Shown in pieces: positions 32,601-45,404 of a stretch of DNA of 51,997 nt. The first letter of the stretch is position 1, and every line of letters starts with the position of its first letter. Under the pieces are notes generated by a model. It was not told where the DNA came from and made no database searches. It worked only from the letters and a program-made list of their open reading frames with translations. The DNA is from Alphaproteobacteria bacterium (lineage in GTDB: Bacteria > Pseudomonadota > Alphaproteobacteria > UBA8317). The stretch covers positions 1 through 51,997 of the forward strand of contig JAYPQH010000035.1 in the NCBI GenBank assembly GCA_038131935.1, written 5' to 3'. The translations under genes and the position numbers were made by a program.

Positions 32601-35600
32601 TATCGCGCATTATCTCGATTGCAAGGGTTTCACCTTCCGCAGCTTGAAATTCTGATTGAGGCAAACTGTAGGTAATATCTGCGACAACCTCTGCTCTATC
32701 TTGAATGGTCACGGCTACAAAATCTGTATAGTTAAGATTTTGTGCATTTTCATATGTATCGAACAGGTCAACCCATAAGAACTCATCACCCTCGATTTCA
32801 TTATCAAGAAATGTTTCTAGTGAGACTGTTTTTTCCAGTTCGCCTGGAGAAAAAATAATTGGGAGGTTGGTAACTGTTTCCAGATCTGAGCTATCTGCAG
32901 TTGATAAAGTTGTTGAAAGGTAAACTTTTGCACTGCCAATGTCTGTATCACGACGTACCGTCATGGTGATGTCGTCACCTTCGATGGCTGATATATCATC
33001 CTCAACAATGTCAAATTGTGCAGGTTGAAATGTTTGGTCTTCTGTTTCAGGCAGAAGAGTCCCAGTCCCAAAGGCTATATAATTCCCAGCAACTGCATCT
33101 GCTTTGGTTTGAAAAACATCCAACCAAAAATATTCTTCATCAGCTTCAATTGTGTTGTCAGCATATGTTTCTATACTGATAACCAAGGACTCTTGGTTGC
33201 GTGCGAAGGTAAATTTCTCTGCGTTCATACCAACAAAGTCATTTGCACTGGTGTTACCATGGGTTGTACTCACAAAGATTGTAGAGCTCTTGCCAAGGTC
33301 ACCTTCTCTCGTGATCGTAAAGGTAATCGTATCACCCTCAGCGACGGCTTGTGGATCAGTCACAAGGTAGCTGTATGTAGACTTTTTGGTTGTGTCATCT
33401 TGAATGGTTATGAGCTTATAATCTTTAAGTTGACTGGGCTGTGCGTTCGAAGATGTATAAAGGTCAATGTAAAAATTTTCTGAAAATTCTTCCTTATCAT
33501 CGCTAAAAGTCTCAATGGTGACGGTTTTTGATAAGTCTTGGGCACCAAAAGACACGATCAATGGATCATGAATTTCAAAATCGTCCGCATGAGCGGTACT
33601 TGGAGAGGTAATGATATATAGGTTTTGGGCGACACCTCGGGCACTTCTTGAAATGGTAACGGTTACAGGATCACCCTCTGTTACAATGTCACTCTCGAGC
33701 TGCATTTTGTAGGTGACATCAGTGTCATCCTGTGGTGCCACGTCTTGGATCGTGAAGGTTGCAAAGTCGTGATAATGACCGGCTTGACCATCTGGTTTGG
33801 TGAGAAAAAGGTCTAACCAAAATACCTCCCCATCCTCTTCAACATTGTCATGGTATGTTGATACTTGGACGTGTTTTTGGGTCTCGTAGGGTGCAAATTG
33901 AATTTCTTGCAGTGCTATTTCTTGGAAATCATCGCTGTCTGCACTGCTCATTGTTGTGCTGACATAAACTGAAGATGTGACAGAGGCACTTCCCACTCTT
34001 TCAATGGTAACAGTAGCAGAGTCACCTTCATCCAAGGTAAAGTCCCTTGTATCATCTGAAATTTTATAACTGAATTCGTTGCTGTCGTCTTTTTCCGGGT
34101 CCTGCAGGAAAGCTGTTATTCTGGTGGATGCAAATTCGTCACTGCTTTTCTGAAACAAATTTAGAGCAATTGTTTCTATTTCCTCGTTGTTATTATCCAC
34201 AAATGTCTCAACAGAAACGACTTTTTCTATTTCTTTGCTTGAAAAAGATATGGCAAAGCGCTGAGATAAATGAACATCATTTTCATCTGCGGTAATCCCA
34301 ACAATTTCTGCATAGACAGTCGAACTCGTTGGTTCGTGACCTTCGGGGAAATAACGATTAATGCTGAAGGTAATATCATCTCCCTCAGTGGCAGGGTTGC
34401 TTAAGGTAGCATCTGTGCTGAGCTCATAATTGGCGGCTACAAATTTTGCATCTGCAATAAAAGCGGTGGCATAGGTTTCCACATTTTCTGATGTGGCGGT
34501 GCGATAAAGATTATAATCAAAGGATTCTACCGTTTCGAGCCATGTGTCTTCGGCAACATCAACGGTAAAAGAAATAGCTTGTTTATTTGCATCAAAGGTA
34601 ATCAAGCGCTCTGTAGCATTTTTGAGATCAGAGCTTGCTGCGGTCGTGAATATGGGTTTGAGGTATACGCTTGATACGGTTCCACTGCCCATTCGATGCA
34701 CTGTGAATGTAATTTCTGTACCTTCTTCAGCGGCCTTGCCTATGGTATCAGCGCTGGATGTGATGGCGTATTCATACTCTGTTGGGGTAGCATCCATGAT
34801 CCATGCTGTTGCTTCTGCCAGGGCATCCGTGGCGTTGACAGAGGGGAATAGCTTAATCTGAAAAGATTCTGTTCCTTCAATCATCAAGTCTTGATAGGTC
34901 GCAATTTTTACATTTGTACTTGTCTGTTTGCCATCAAAGTCAACTTTGATAAAATTTTTAGCGCTAAAATCATCTTCATCGGCACTATGTCCCAAAGTAG
35001 ATGTCGACATGTAAATTGTTGATGGGCCTGACAAATCACTTCTGGTGATTGTTGCAATAACATCAGAACCTTCGACAACGGGACTGGTGAGGGTGCTATT
35101 TGTATTTAACGCGTAGGTGATCGCGACATTTGCATCAGCAATATTCGCCTCAGACGTTGCAATCGCTGTTGTGTCTTGGAGGGTTTTGTATAGTGCAAGT
35201 GAAAAGGCTTCAGTACCTTCATCCGAAAAATTATCGGCGAAGGTTGCAATATCTACAAAATGGCTGGTTGCGGAGCTGCTGAAGGTAATAGGGATGAGTG
35301 TCTTTGCTTCAAAGTCAGCTTCAGAGGCTGTATCAGCGATGGTTGAGATATAGATGGTATCTGAAGTGCCGGCCTGATCTCGATTGATGGTAAAACGAAT
35401 GTTTTGCCCCTCCATAACAGGTTGTGATGAGGCGTTATTCGATAGCGTATAGGTATATTCCTGAGGTTGATTTGAGGTTCCTATGGGGTCTGTGACAGCG
35501 ATCAACAATGATTTGCTATACCACAGACTATCAAGATCAACATCAAATTCTACTTTGTAGTTGCTCGTGTTGGAGCCACCCCAAGGGTTGCGAATGGTAA

Positions 35601-36690
35601 ATGTGTCATCATTCGCATTGTAGCCAAGAATTTCATGTGCGTGCCCTCCAACAATGGTAAGGGCGCCGCTGTCATCATAAATTGAATCCCATGAGCCTAG
35701 CCAACCAATTCCGCCGGCATCTAAGGCATCAATGACACCTTGTTTGAATTCACCAGCAAAACTGTAACTAACGAAGGAGTCGCGATTGGTGCCATCATTC
35801 ATACTCCATTGGCCATAATAGTCATATTCAAGGCCAGTGAAGAATTTGAGAGGAGAGGCCCATCCCCCTTCAACAGCTTGATAGCTTACCTCACCTGTCC
35901 AGTCGTCACGACCAGCAATATTGTATTGACCATTCATTTGGACAAAGGCTTTTTCAATTAAGGATGGCCACAATTCGCCTGAAAGGCTCTTGCTGTTATT
36001 TCCTGTAAACGCGATGCGGTTCCAACTTGTCACGGGCAATGAAGTGCTCACTGTTGTGAACATGATTTCATCATCTATGAAAAAACGCACGCCATAGGTG
36101 TCGTTACCATTGTCGATGAATAAACTCTCTATAGCACCATCTTTTGCAGCTAGGGCGCCAAATGAAGCCACAACATAACAGGTTCCTGCTTGTCCTTGTG
36201 AAACGTCCGTTTCAGACGTGCCAGACACAAATAATGGGCCGGTTGCTTGGGCATAATCAAAGGATGATTGGGCTGCTTTACCCGTGGCCGTGTCTCCACC
36301 AGCAATGGGCATGGGTAGGTCCGTTCCCAAAAACCATTCCCCAATCAACCTGGTTGCGCTTTGTTCACTCATATTGGCTTGAGCGTTGCCAACAGAAACG
36401 GCTTGGTCCGCGGTCTTTGTACCACCCCACCAGAGCTGGTTTGCAGGGTTTGAATAGATGACAGCCTGGGTGATGTAGCGTACATAATCGCTCTCGAAGA
36501 GGTTTTCATCAAAGGCTGTGGAAAACATATTCTTGAGGTCTGTAATTTCTATCTCAGAAAAGCCATTACTCGCCGTTTGTGTGAGAATGTTGAGGGCGTC
36601 ATTATAGTCTAGAATATTATCGCTGAGGGCTTCGTTGAGATGCAGGGTGATTTGCTCGCTTTGGATGTTATCAAACAGTTCACTTGTCAT
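29660..36690 (-). CDS. Giant (~2340 aa) extracellular protein: calpain-type (C2) cysteine protease, 11 Calx-beta repeats, ~10 RCC1-like repeats, C-terminal dockerin-like module (one frameshift at ~30300)
   Basis: Catalytic triad motifs QGQAGTCY, GGHAHEILG and IRNPWG, plus LWPSLIEKAF. Eleven xxEG..T.TI.R...D...EG.E.F.L.L repeats. Repeats of AFAA...DGSV..WG....GG. Adding one base to the A4 run at 30299-30302 restores DIFASDAAFAALVSPEKWEG and joins ORF 29660-30274, which ends ISVSDVIATLKHAVG...AADVDQDQNIGVSDVISILKKAVG...LGDVDGSW. Confidence 0.88.
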
Positions 36691-36943
36691 CCTTTGATGT
36701 CCTTCAAACGGCAACGTGATACGTTGTTTTGGAATTACCACTACGAAGAAGGTATCATGGTTTCAAAAAATGTTACAGCTTTTGGTTTCAAGCCCAAAAG
36801 CTGCATTTAGGGTTAATTTTTTTCCGATGATTGAGCATATGCGATGGTTGGCACCATGATTTTTACAACATCGGATTTCATCTCCGATATGGCAACCAAA
36901 CATGTCATAGGTAAAAAGGAACTGTTTTTTAGTGGGAAACATC

Positions 36944-38125
36944 ATGGATTTTGATGTGATTGTTATTGGTGCTGGAGCCGCGGGCTTATTCTTTGCGGGG
37001 CTTGCTGCTCAAAAAGGTATGAAGGTTCTGGTCCTCGATCATCGGGCAAAAATTGGTGAAAAAATTAGGATTTCAGGCGGAGGGCGCTGTAATTTTACCA
37101 ATATATATTCTCAGCCAAGTAATTTCTTATCTCAAAATCCGCATTTTGCTAAATCTGCTTTGGCACGTTTTACCCCAGATGATTTTTTAAAACTGGTCCG
37201 AAAATACGGAATTCCCTACCATGAGAAAAAAATGGGGCAAATGTTTTGTGATCACTCCGCACAAGATATTATTGATATGCTCTTTGCCTTATGCCCTGAA
37301 GAATATGTGACATTTCAGCTTGGTCAGCCTGTCCAGGCAGTGCAGCGACAAGAGGATAAATTTACCCTTACAACTGCTGACCAACATATATCATGCCCGC
37401 GCCTTGTTATTGCTACTGGTGGCTTGTCCATCCCCAAAATAGGAGCAACAGGCTTTGGTTACGACGTTGCGCGGCAATTTGGATTGAATGTTATCACCAC
37501 CCGCCCCGCGCTTGTTCCTCTCACCTTTGATGATGAAATGGCTCGTATTTGTCGCGAGTTGAGTGGCCTTTCGGTTGAGGCCAAAGTTATGCTTGGTACA
37601 ATAGCCTTCCAAGAGGGATTGTTGTTTTCCCATCGTGGACTGACGGGGCCCTCTATTTTGCAAATTTCTTCCTATTGGCAAGAGGGTATGGATATTACCG
37701 TCAATCTTGCGCCGCAGGAGCAATTGGATAAATGGCTGCAAGAGGCACAAAAAAGTAAAGGCAAACAGGATATTCATACGGTACTGGCTGCGGTGATGCC
37801 GCAGAGACTTGCAGCGCAGATATGTAATGTTACCGGGCAAACAGGACGTATTTCCGAATTATCCAAAAAATCCCTGGCAACATTATCCACCTTGGGAAAT
37901 GCATGGCAGCTCCACCCCATTGGCACTGAGGGCTATAAGAAAGCAGAGGTTACATTAGGCGGTGTGGACACCCATGAGTTATCGTCAAAAGATATGCAGG
38001 CAAAACGATGCCCTGGTTTATATTTTATCGGGGAAGTGGTTGATGTTACAGGCCATTTGGGTGGTCATAACTTCCAATGGGCCTGGGCTTCTGCCCATGC
38101 AGCAGCAACCCATATGAGCGTGTAA
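36944..38125 (+). CDS. HI0933/YhiN (BaiN-like) NAD(P)/FAD-dependent oxidoreductase
   Basis: Motifs IGAGAAGL, ISGGGRCNFTN, ATGGLSIP, AEVTLGGV and GEVVDVTGHLGGHNFQWAWAS. Confidence 0.93.
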   Translation: MDFDVIVIGAGAAGLFFAGLAAQKGMKVLVLDHRAKIGEKIRISGGGRCNFTNIYSQPSNFLSQNPHFAKSALARFTPDDFLKLVRKYGIPYHEKKMGQMFCDHSAQDIIDMLFALCPEEYVTFQLGQPVQAVQRQEDKFTLTTADQHISCPRLVIATGGLSIPKIGATGFGYDVARQFGLNVITTRPALVPLTFDDEMARICRELSGLSVEAKVMLGTIAFQEGLLFSHRGLTGPSILQISSYWQEGMDITVNLAPQEQLDKWLQEAQKSKGKQDIHTVLAAVMPQRLAAQICNVTGQTGRISELSKKSLATLSTLGNAWQLHPIGTEGYKKAEVTLGGVDTHELSSKDMQAKRCPGLYFIGEVVDVTGHLGGHNFQWAWASAHAAATHMSV

Positions 38126-38129
38126 ATTT

Positions 38130-39008
38130 TTACTGAATTATAATTTCCTTAAACATATCACATAAAAGTGGGTGAAAATTTTCATAGAGTTTGTGCCGTA
38201 CACTTTGACTCCGCCACACAAGAGCAATCTGTCGAGGCTGTGCATTTTTGAGCGCTGTTAACCTGAAAGTATCTTGGGTTTTTGGCAATGATTTGACAGC
38301 TAATGCAGGAACCAACGTTGACCCAAATCCAGAGGCCACCAATGCCATTAACGTATGAAGGTTCGTTGTGGCGTAGGATGTGTCATGATGAAACCGGCCC
38401 GGCAAAGCAGAAAGCGCGTGTTTTTGAAGACAGTGACCTTGGCTGAGCAATAGCAAAGGCTGAGTTCGCTCTTCTTGCCAAAATGGTTCTTGAATAGGAG
38501 ATGCAAGGTAAAAGGGGTCATCTCCAATGACAGCCGTTTTAAGTGACCCTGTGTCGAATGGAAGGGCAATAATGCCTAAGTCAATTGCACCTTCGTGAAG
38601 CTTTTGTAAAATATTTTCCGTGATGTCTTCATGCACAAAAATTTCAAGTTTGGCATAATTCATCTGTAAAATATTGGTGATGTCACTCAGTAAATATGGT
38701 GCAATCGTGGGTATGATGCCTAAATGTAAAGGACCTTCTTCAGGTTGGAGGGCGTGAGCTGCGTCAATGTGGATGTCATGAATTTGGCGCAGAATATCCC
38801 GTACTTTAGGCTCAATTTTACGCCCAAATTCTGTGAGTCGAACGTTTTTGTTGTCCCTTTCAAACAATATCACGTTAAGACGCAATTCAAGCTCTCGAAG
38901 CCCTGAGCTAAGGGTGGGTTGTGTGACAAAGCATTTTTGTGCTGCCCTCGTGAAATTTTGCTCCTCAATCAATGCAATAAAAAATGATAAATGTCGTAAC
39001 GTAATCAT
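38130..39008 (-). CDS. oxyR: LysR-family hydrogen-peroxide sensor OxyR
   Basis: HTH NFTRAAQKCFVTQPTLS, LGIIPTIAPYLL and GHCL peroxidatic Cys. Divergent from katG. Confidence 0.85.
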   Translation of the reverse strand: MITLRHLSFFIALIEEQNFTRAAQKCFVTQPTLSSGLRELELRLNVILFERDNKNVRLTEFGRKIEPKVRDILRQIHDIHIDAAHALQPEEGPLHLGIIPTIAPYLLSDITNILQMNYAKLEIFVHEDITENILQKLHEGAIDLGIIALPFDTGSLKTAVIGDDPFYLASPIQEPFWQEERTQPLLLLSQGHCLQKHALSALPGRFHHDTSYATTNLHTLMALVASGFGSTLVPALAVKSLPKTQDTFRLTALKNAQPRQIALVWRSQSVRHKLYENFHPLLCDMFKEIIIQ

Positions 39009-39034
39009 GAGGACCACCTTTGATTATTAAATAA

Positions 39035-39071
39035 ATTTATTATTACAATAATAATTATTGATTTTTCAAAT
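39035..39071. promoter_or_regulatory. Putative OxyR operator in the oxyR-katG intergenic region
   Basis: ATTT-N7-CAAT-N7-ATTG-N7-AAAT: four dyad-symmetric tetramers with the spacing of the known ATAG-N7-CTAT-N7-ATAG-N7-CTAT consensus. Confidence 0.65.
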
Positions 39072-39142
39072 GATATTTTTTTGTCTACACCTGCCTCCAC
39101 GCACCAGATGTACTGCTTTGGTGCTGTTTTCATCAAACGTAA

Positions 39143-41362
<2,220 letters not shown>

Positions 41363-41381
41363 GTACCTATGAGCAGGGACC

Positions 41382-41412
41382 TGTGTCAGGTTCCCAAGAA
41401 TCTGACACATTT
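41382..41412 (+). terminator. Rho-independent terminator after katG
   Basis: TGTGTCAGGTTC-CCAA-GAATCTGACACA, a 12-bp stem with one G-U pair, followed by TTT. Confidence 0.7.
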
Positions 41413-41588
41413 CAAAATGATATCGGTTACGCGTGATCTATCGGCCAGGATTGATAAATACTGCGGGTTAATCTTCAATGATAATATCGTTTGGTATAAA
41501 GTAACCTACATGACGCTGCGCTCTGATAGATAAGGAGTATTGCTCACTTTTTAGTCTCTGACGTATTCTTGAAATCATAACCTCCAGT

Positions 41589-41852
41589 GTCAATTTTGGA
41601 TGCAGGATCACCAACTATTCCAGCCAAATGAATGATCGAATCCATACCATCCATTGATTTTAATAAAATTCTTAAATCTCGAATATCACCTCGGATAAGT
41701 TGAAAATTAAATTTTTTTTCAAGAAACTTTAATGAATTATTTCCAAAAGACAAATTATCTAAGATTCTAACTTTGTATCCGTTTGAAAGTAATTTAGATA
41801 CCACATGAAATCCTAAATAACCAGCTCCACCAGTAACTAAGACACTGTCCAT
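41589..41852 (-). pseudogene. NAD-dependent epimerase/dehydratase, N-terminal ~88 aa only, truncated at the compositional junction
   Basis: VLVTGGAGYLG, GDIRD and IHLAGIVGDPAS are present. The frame then runs into unrelated higher-GC sequence and stops, so the YxxxK catalytic region is missing. Confidence 0.85.
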
Positions 41853-41896
41853 AGAATGCTGAAAGATGATGGAGATAAATTGTTTACTGTAAATTT

Positions 41897-42786
41897 TTAC
41901 ATGATATTATAACAAAGTTGTAAAAGTTTTTCAGCTAAGTTTGAATTGTTATAATTATTATGAACGTATTCAGAACCATCAAAATTCGATTTTGGGTTTT
42001 CGATAATATGTTTTAAACAAGTTTGGAGTTCATCATAATTAGTTATTTTTTCACAAAAAGGAAAATTAGTATTGGATGCAATCATAGTCCTACCTATTGA
42101 TAAAGTCTCAATAATAGTTGCTCCTGTTGCATCGTGCATAGGCAATCTAATAACAGCTAATGATTTTTCATAAACCTCATGCATATTCTCAATCCAAGAA
42201 ATGCATTCAACGTTTTTATCGTCTTGAAAATATTTTCCACTATTTCTTGTGATTAAAAATTTTACATTAGGAAAATCGCGAACTAATTTTTTAATTAAAT
42301 TTCCTTGATAAAACTTGAAGTCTTTTAATTGAAAATCAGGTAGATAAATTAGAACATGATTCCAATCTTCTAATTTTTGGAAAGGAAATAAGGAATAAAC
42401 AGGTAAGGGTTGTTTTCTTACAGATATTCCTAGTTCATTAAGCTCTTGTGATACAAATTCATCATCAGTAATATTAGCATCAATAAATTTTAATAAAAAT
42501 TTGCTTGTTAATCTCCAAAATAAATTATCTTTAACTCTTCTTATATCAAATCCTATCCAACTCACAATAATTTTTTTTTCCATATTCTAAATCGTAATAA
42601 GCTTAAAATTCCAATTAATGTAACAGTAGGAGAACCAGTATAATGAATAATAGGATAATTATTTAATTCATTTTTAAAATGAATATTTTTTATAGACGGA
42701 GTAATAATTTTGGCTGGAATATCTTTTTTATTTAATTCCTCGACAATGCGTTTAGAAAAAATTCCGCCACCTATTTCAGCAATCAT
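41897..42786 (-). CDS. Glycosyltransferase (GT-B/GT4-like), split by a frameshift in a homopolymer run
   Basis: One extra A in the 9-base run at 42571-42579 gives IWKKKIIVSWIGFD and joins ORFs 42562-42786 and 41897-42583. C-terminal HDATGATIIETLSIGR is GT4-like. Confidence 0.72.
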
Positions 42787-42795
42787 ATAATCACT

Positions 42796-43971
42796 TCACG
42801 TTTTAAATTCAGATATTTTTTTAAGTGTTGACAATGTTTTGTGCAATATTTCTAGCTCATGTTTAATTTCATCTTTTGTTCGCCATCTATGAATATCTAT
42901 AAATAGACTTTCCTTTACAAACTGCTCTCCATTTATACACGGTTCAGAAGGATGATACTTTCTATACAACGGAATTTTGTATTGAACTGTTCTATAACCT
43001 GAACCAATAATTTTTCCGGGTCTAAAATTAATTCCTTTAATATCGGATTTAGTTTCAGATTCTAAGAATTTTTTTCTATTGAGAGTAAGATTTTCTAAAA
43101 ATACATCTCTTTTAATTTTTAATTTTTTGGAATCAAATTTACAACCTAGAATTAAAAATGAATGAAGAACTTGCTTTAGTACAGTTGGTGGTAAAATTCC
43201 TTCTGGTAAGTTTTTAAAAATAAGATTAGCATTATTTCGGAAGGTTGTTAGAATTTTGGGAAGTTTCTTTAATTGAATTCTGCCAAATGCGGCTTGAGAT
43301 TCAGTCATTCTAAAATTATAACCCACTTGTTTATCATCTTTATAATATTCTCCATGATTTCTAATCCTTCGACATTTTTCAGCAAATTCTTCATTATTAG
43401 TTATGATTATGCCTCCTTCACCGAGAGTTGTAATATGTTTTGTTTCTTGAAAACTAAAAACTGCACAGTCACCCATTGAACCAACAATTTTATTTTTATA
43501 TTTTGCACCCATAGCTTGAGCGCAATCTTCAATAACAAAAATTTTTTTTTCTTTCATCTTATCAATCATATCTGAATTGCATGGATGTCCAAGAAGATGC
43601 ACAGGTATGGCGAATTTTGTGAGTTTATTATAATCGAAATTCATACAATAAGAAGATGGATCAATATCAACAAATTGTGGTTTACCACCACATGCAATTA
43701 CTTGAGAAGTGGTTGCTGTGAAAGTAATACATGGTACTGAAACAAGATTTTTTGATGTCACACCAGCAGCTATCTGAGCTACAAAAAGTGCAGTGGTACC
43801 AGAATTGACCGAAATTCCATACTTACATCCATGAAATCTTGCAAAATCTGATTCAAATTTTTGGATTTCTTCTCCACCTAGATATTTATTGGTATAACCA
43901 GATAGATATGATGCATTTTTAATAGTTTTAACTACTGCTTTTATTTCTTCGTTTCCAAATCTTTGAATCAA
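42796..43971 (-). CDS. DegT/DnrJ/EryC1/StrS PLP-dependent sugar aminotransferase
   Basis: Motifs VNSGTTAL, PVHLLG, IEDCAQAMGA, FSFQETKHITTLGEGG and GYNFRMTE. TTG start. Confidence 0.93.
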   Translation of the reverse strand: MIQRFGNEEIKAVVKTIKNASYLSGYTNKYLGGEEIQKFESDFARFHGCKYGISVNSGTTALFVAQIAAGVTSKNLVSVPCITFTATTSQVIACGGKPQFVDIDPSSYCMNFDYNKLTKFAIPVHLLGHPCNSDMIDKMKEKKIFVIEDCAQAMGAKYKNKIVGSMGDCAVFSFQETKHITTLGEGGIIITNNEEFAEKCRRIRNHGEYYKDDKQVGYNFRMTESQAAFGRIQLKKLPKILTTFRNNANLIFKNLPEGILPPTVLKQVLHSFLILGCKFDSKKLKIKRDVFLENLTLNRKKFLESETKSDIKGINFRPGKIIGSGYRTVQYKIPLYRKYHPSEPCINGEQFVKESLFIDIHRWRTKDEIKHELEILHKTLSTLKKISEFKT

Positions 43972-44002
43972 ATTAATCTACTCAAATTGAATGATTTCAA
44001 AT

Positions 44003-45337
44003 TTAATTCATTGCACCCATGATAGAATCAAGAGTTTGAGAACCACCAATACCTAATTTTTGTTTTTTACGTATAATAGGCGCAAGTTTATCACTAAATT
44101 TTTCAATCAAACGTGATTGAGCTATTCTAAGATCTTTATTTGATAAGTGATCAGAATGCCATAGTGTATTTGAAAATTCATCGACTTCAGACCAATCCAT
44201 TTCATCATATTCCTTTTTCCAGTAAGCAGTACCAGGATAAGGAGCTAAGATAGAAAAACCAATAATATCAGGCTCAATTTCCTCAATAAGTTTTTCAGTT
44301 TCATAGATTGTTTGATTAGATTCTAAGGGAGTTCCTAACAGACAGTAAGTTCTTCGTTTAATTCCAAATTTTTTTGAGACTGCAAATGCTTTTCGAATCA
44401 TATCTACTGTGGTACCCTTATTGATGTGCCTATGGATTTCTGCTGAACCAGATTCAAGACCCATCCAAAATTCTTCACAATTAGCTTTTTCAGCCCATTG
44501 ACATATTTCCTCATCAACTTTATCAACTCTCATATTACATCCCCAAGGAACATCGAGTTTTTGATCAACCATTTCTTTACACAATTTTATAAAATGTGCC
44601 TTTGAAGGATTAGTTTCTGCATCATTCATCTTGAAAAAAGAAATTTTAAATCTATCTTTTACTTCTAACATTTCTTCAACAACAAGTTTCGGATTTCTTC
44701 CTCTTAATCGCACAGGTCTTTCATAAATAATATCATCATTTTTCTGTTCTACCTTTCTCCAAATTGTACCAAACTGACCTTCAGCACAAAAAGTACATCC
44801 AAACGCACATCCTCTTTCAGTCATTATAGAGGTTACGCGTCTACCTTCATCTTTTTCAGCAATGGAAATGTACCTATTAAGATCAATCGAATCACGATCG
44901 GGGTTTGGTATACTATCTACATCAGCAATAGGTAAACTACTTACTAGCTTTTGTGTTGTATTTCCAGAGATGATATCCAACATGGAGTTTTCTCCTTCGC
45001 CAGCAACGAGAAAATCAATATTAGAATTATGCAGGAATTTATTTGGTTGTAATGAAGGGCCATATCCTCCAACTACAATTTTTACATTTTTGTTTTTTTG
45101 TTTAATTAAATCTGCAAGATGAAGCATATTAGAAACTTGTGGAGTAGTTCCACTAAGTCCCACATAATCAGAATCACTGACATTTTGTATTATTTCGTTA
45201 TCAGAATCAAAATATCCGTCATAAATTTTGACTTCTAAATCACCAGAATAGTATTTTTTAATGTAAGAAGAGACATACATTAAATTTGTTGGTTCCCATA
45301 TGCTAGGATAGCGTGCACGAACTAAACTAACTTTCAT
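44003..45337 (-). CDS. Cobalamin-binding-domain radical SAM protein
   Basis: N-terminal B12-binding-like domain (VGLSGTTPQ, IVVGGYGPS, GEGE), RGCAFGCTFC (CxxxCxxC), GLESGS...INKG and PYPGT. Confidence 0.9.
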   Translation of the reverse strand: MKVSLVRARYPSIWEPTNLMYVSSYIKKYYSGDLEVKIYDGYFDSDNEIIQNVSDSDYVGLSGTTPQVSNMLHLADLIKQKNKNVKIVVGGYGPSLQPNKFLHNSNIDFLVAGEGENSMLDIISGNTTQKLVSSLPIADVDSIPNPDRDSIDLNRYISIAEKDEGRRVTSIMTERGCAFGCTFCAEGQFGTIWRKVEQKNDDIIYERPVRLRGRNPKLVVEEMLEVKDRFKISFFKMNDAETNPSKAHFIKLCKEMVDQKLDVPWGCNMRVDKVDEEICQWAEKANCEEFWMGLESGSAEIHRHINKGTTVDMIRKAFAVSKKFGIKRRTYCLLGTPLESNQTIYETEKLIEEIEPDIIGFSILAPYPGTAYWKKEYDEMDWSEVDEFSNTLWHSDHLSNKDLRIAQSRLIEKFSDKLAPIIRKKQKLGIGGSQTLDSIMGAMN

Positions 45338-45360
45338 TATCACGACATAGTTAATTTTCA

Positions 45361-45369
45361 ATATAAAAA
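45361..45369 (-). promoter_or_regulatory. Putative archaeal-type TATA box of the radical SAM gene
   Basis: TTTTTATAT on the minus strand, ending 24 nt upstream of ATG 45337, which fits leaderless-transcript spacing. The region is AT-rich, so a chance match is possible. Confidence 0.4.
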
Positions 45370-45404
45370 TATCTGATTATGAATAGGCACATCTTAAAAT
45401 TAAT

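Noticed and set aside
30536-36461. Plus-strand ORFs antisense to the calpain gene, and the other short overlapping ORFs in the track
   Set aside because: They are shadow frames of well-supported genes with no motifs of their own.
41505-41579. Small minus-strand ORF MISRIRQRLKSEQYSLSIRERSVM after GGAGGTT
   Set aside because: The SD-like sequence abuts the ATG with almost no spacing, the ORF is only 24 aa, and it sits at a suspect junction.
41410-41590. Integration site (tRNA, att site or IS end) explaining the low-GC segment
   Set aside because: No tRNA-like sequence, inverted repeat or recombinase gene is visible. The only hairpin is the katG terminator.
42571-42579. Phase variation or programmed frameshifting at poly-A tracts (also 47400-47406)
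   Set aside because: A/T runs are ubiquitous in this ~25% GC segment and cannot be distinguished from homopolymer errors without reads.
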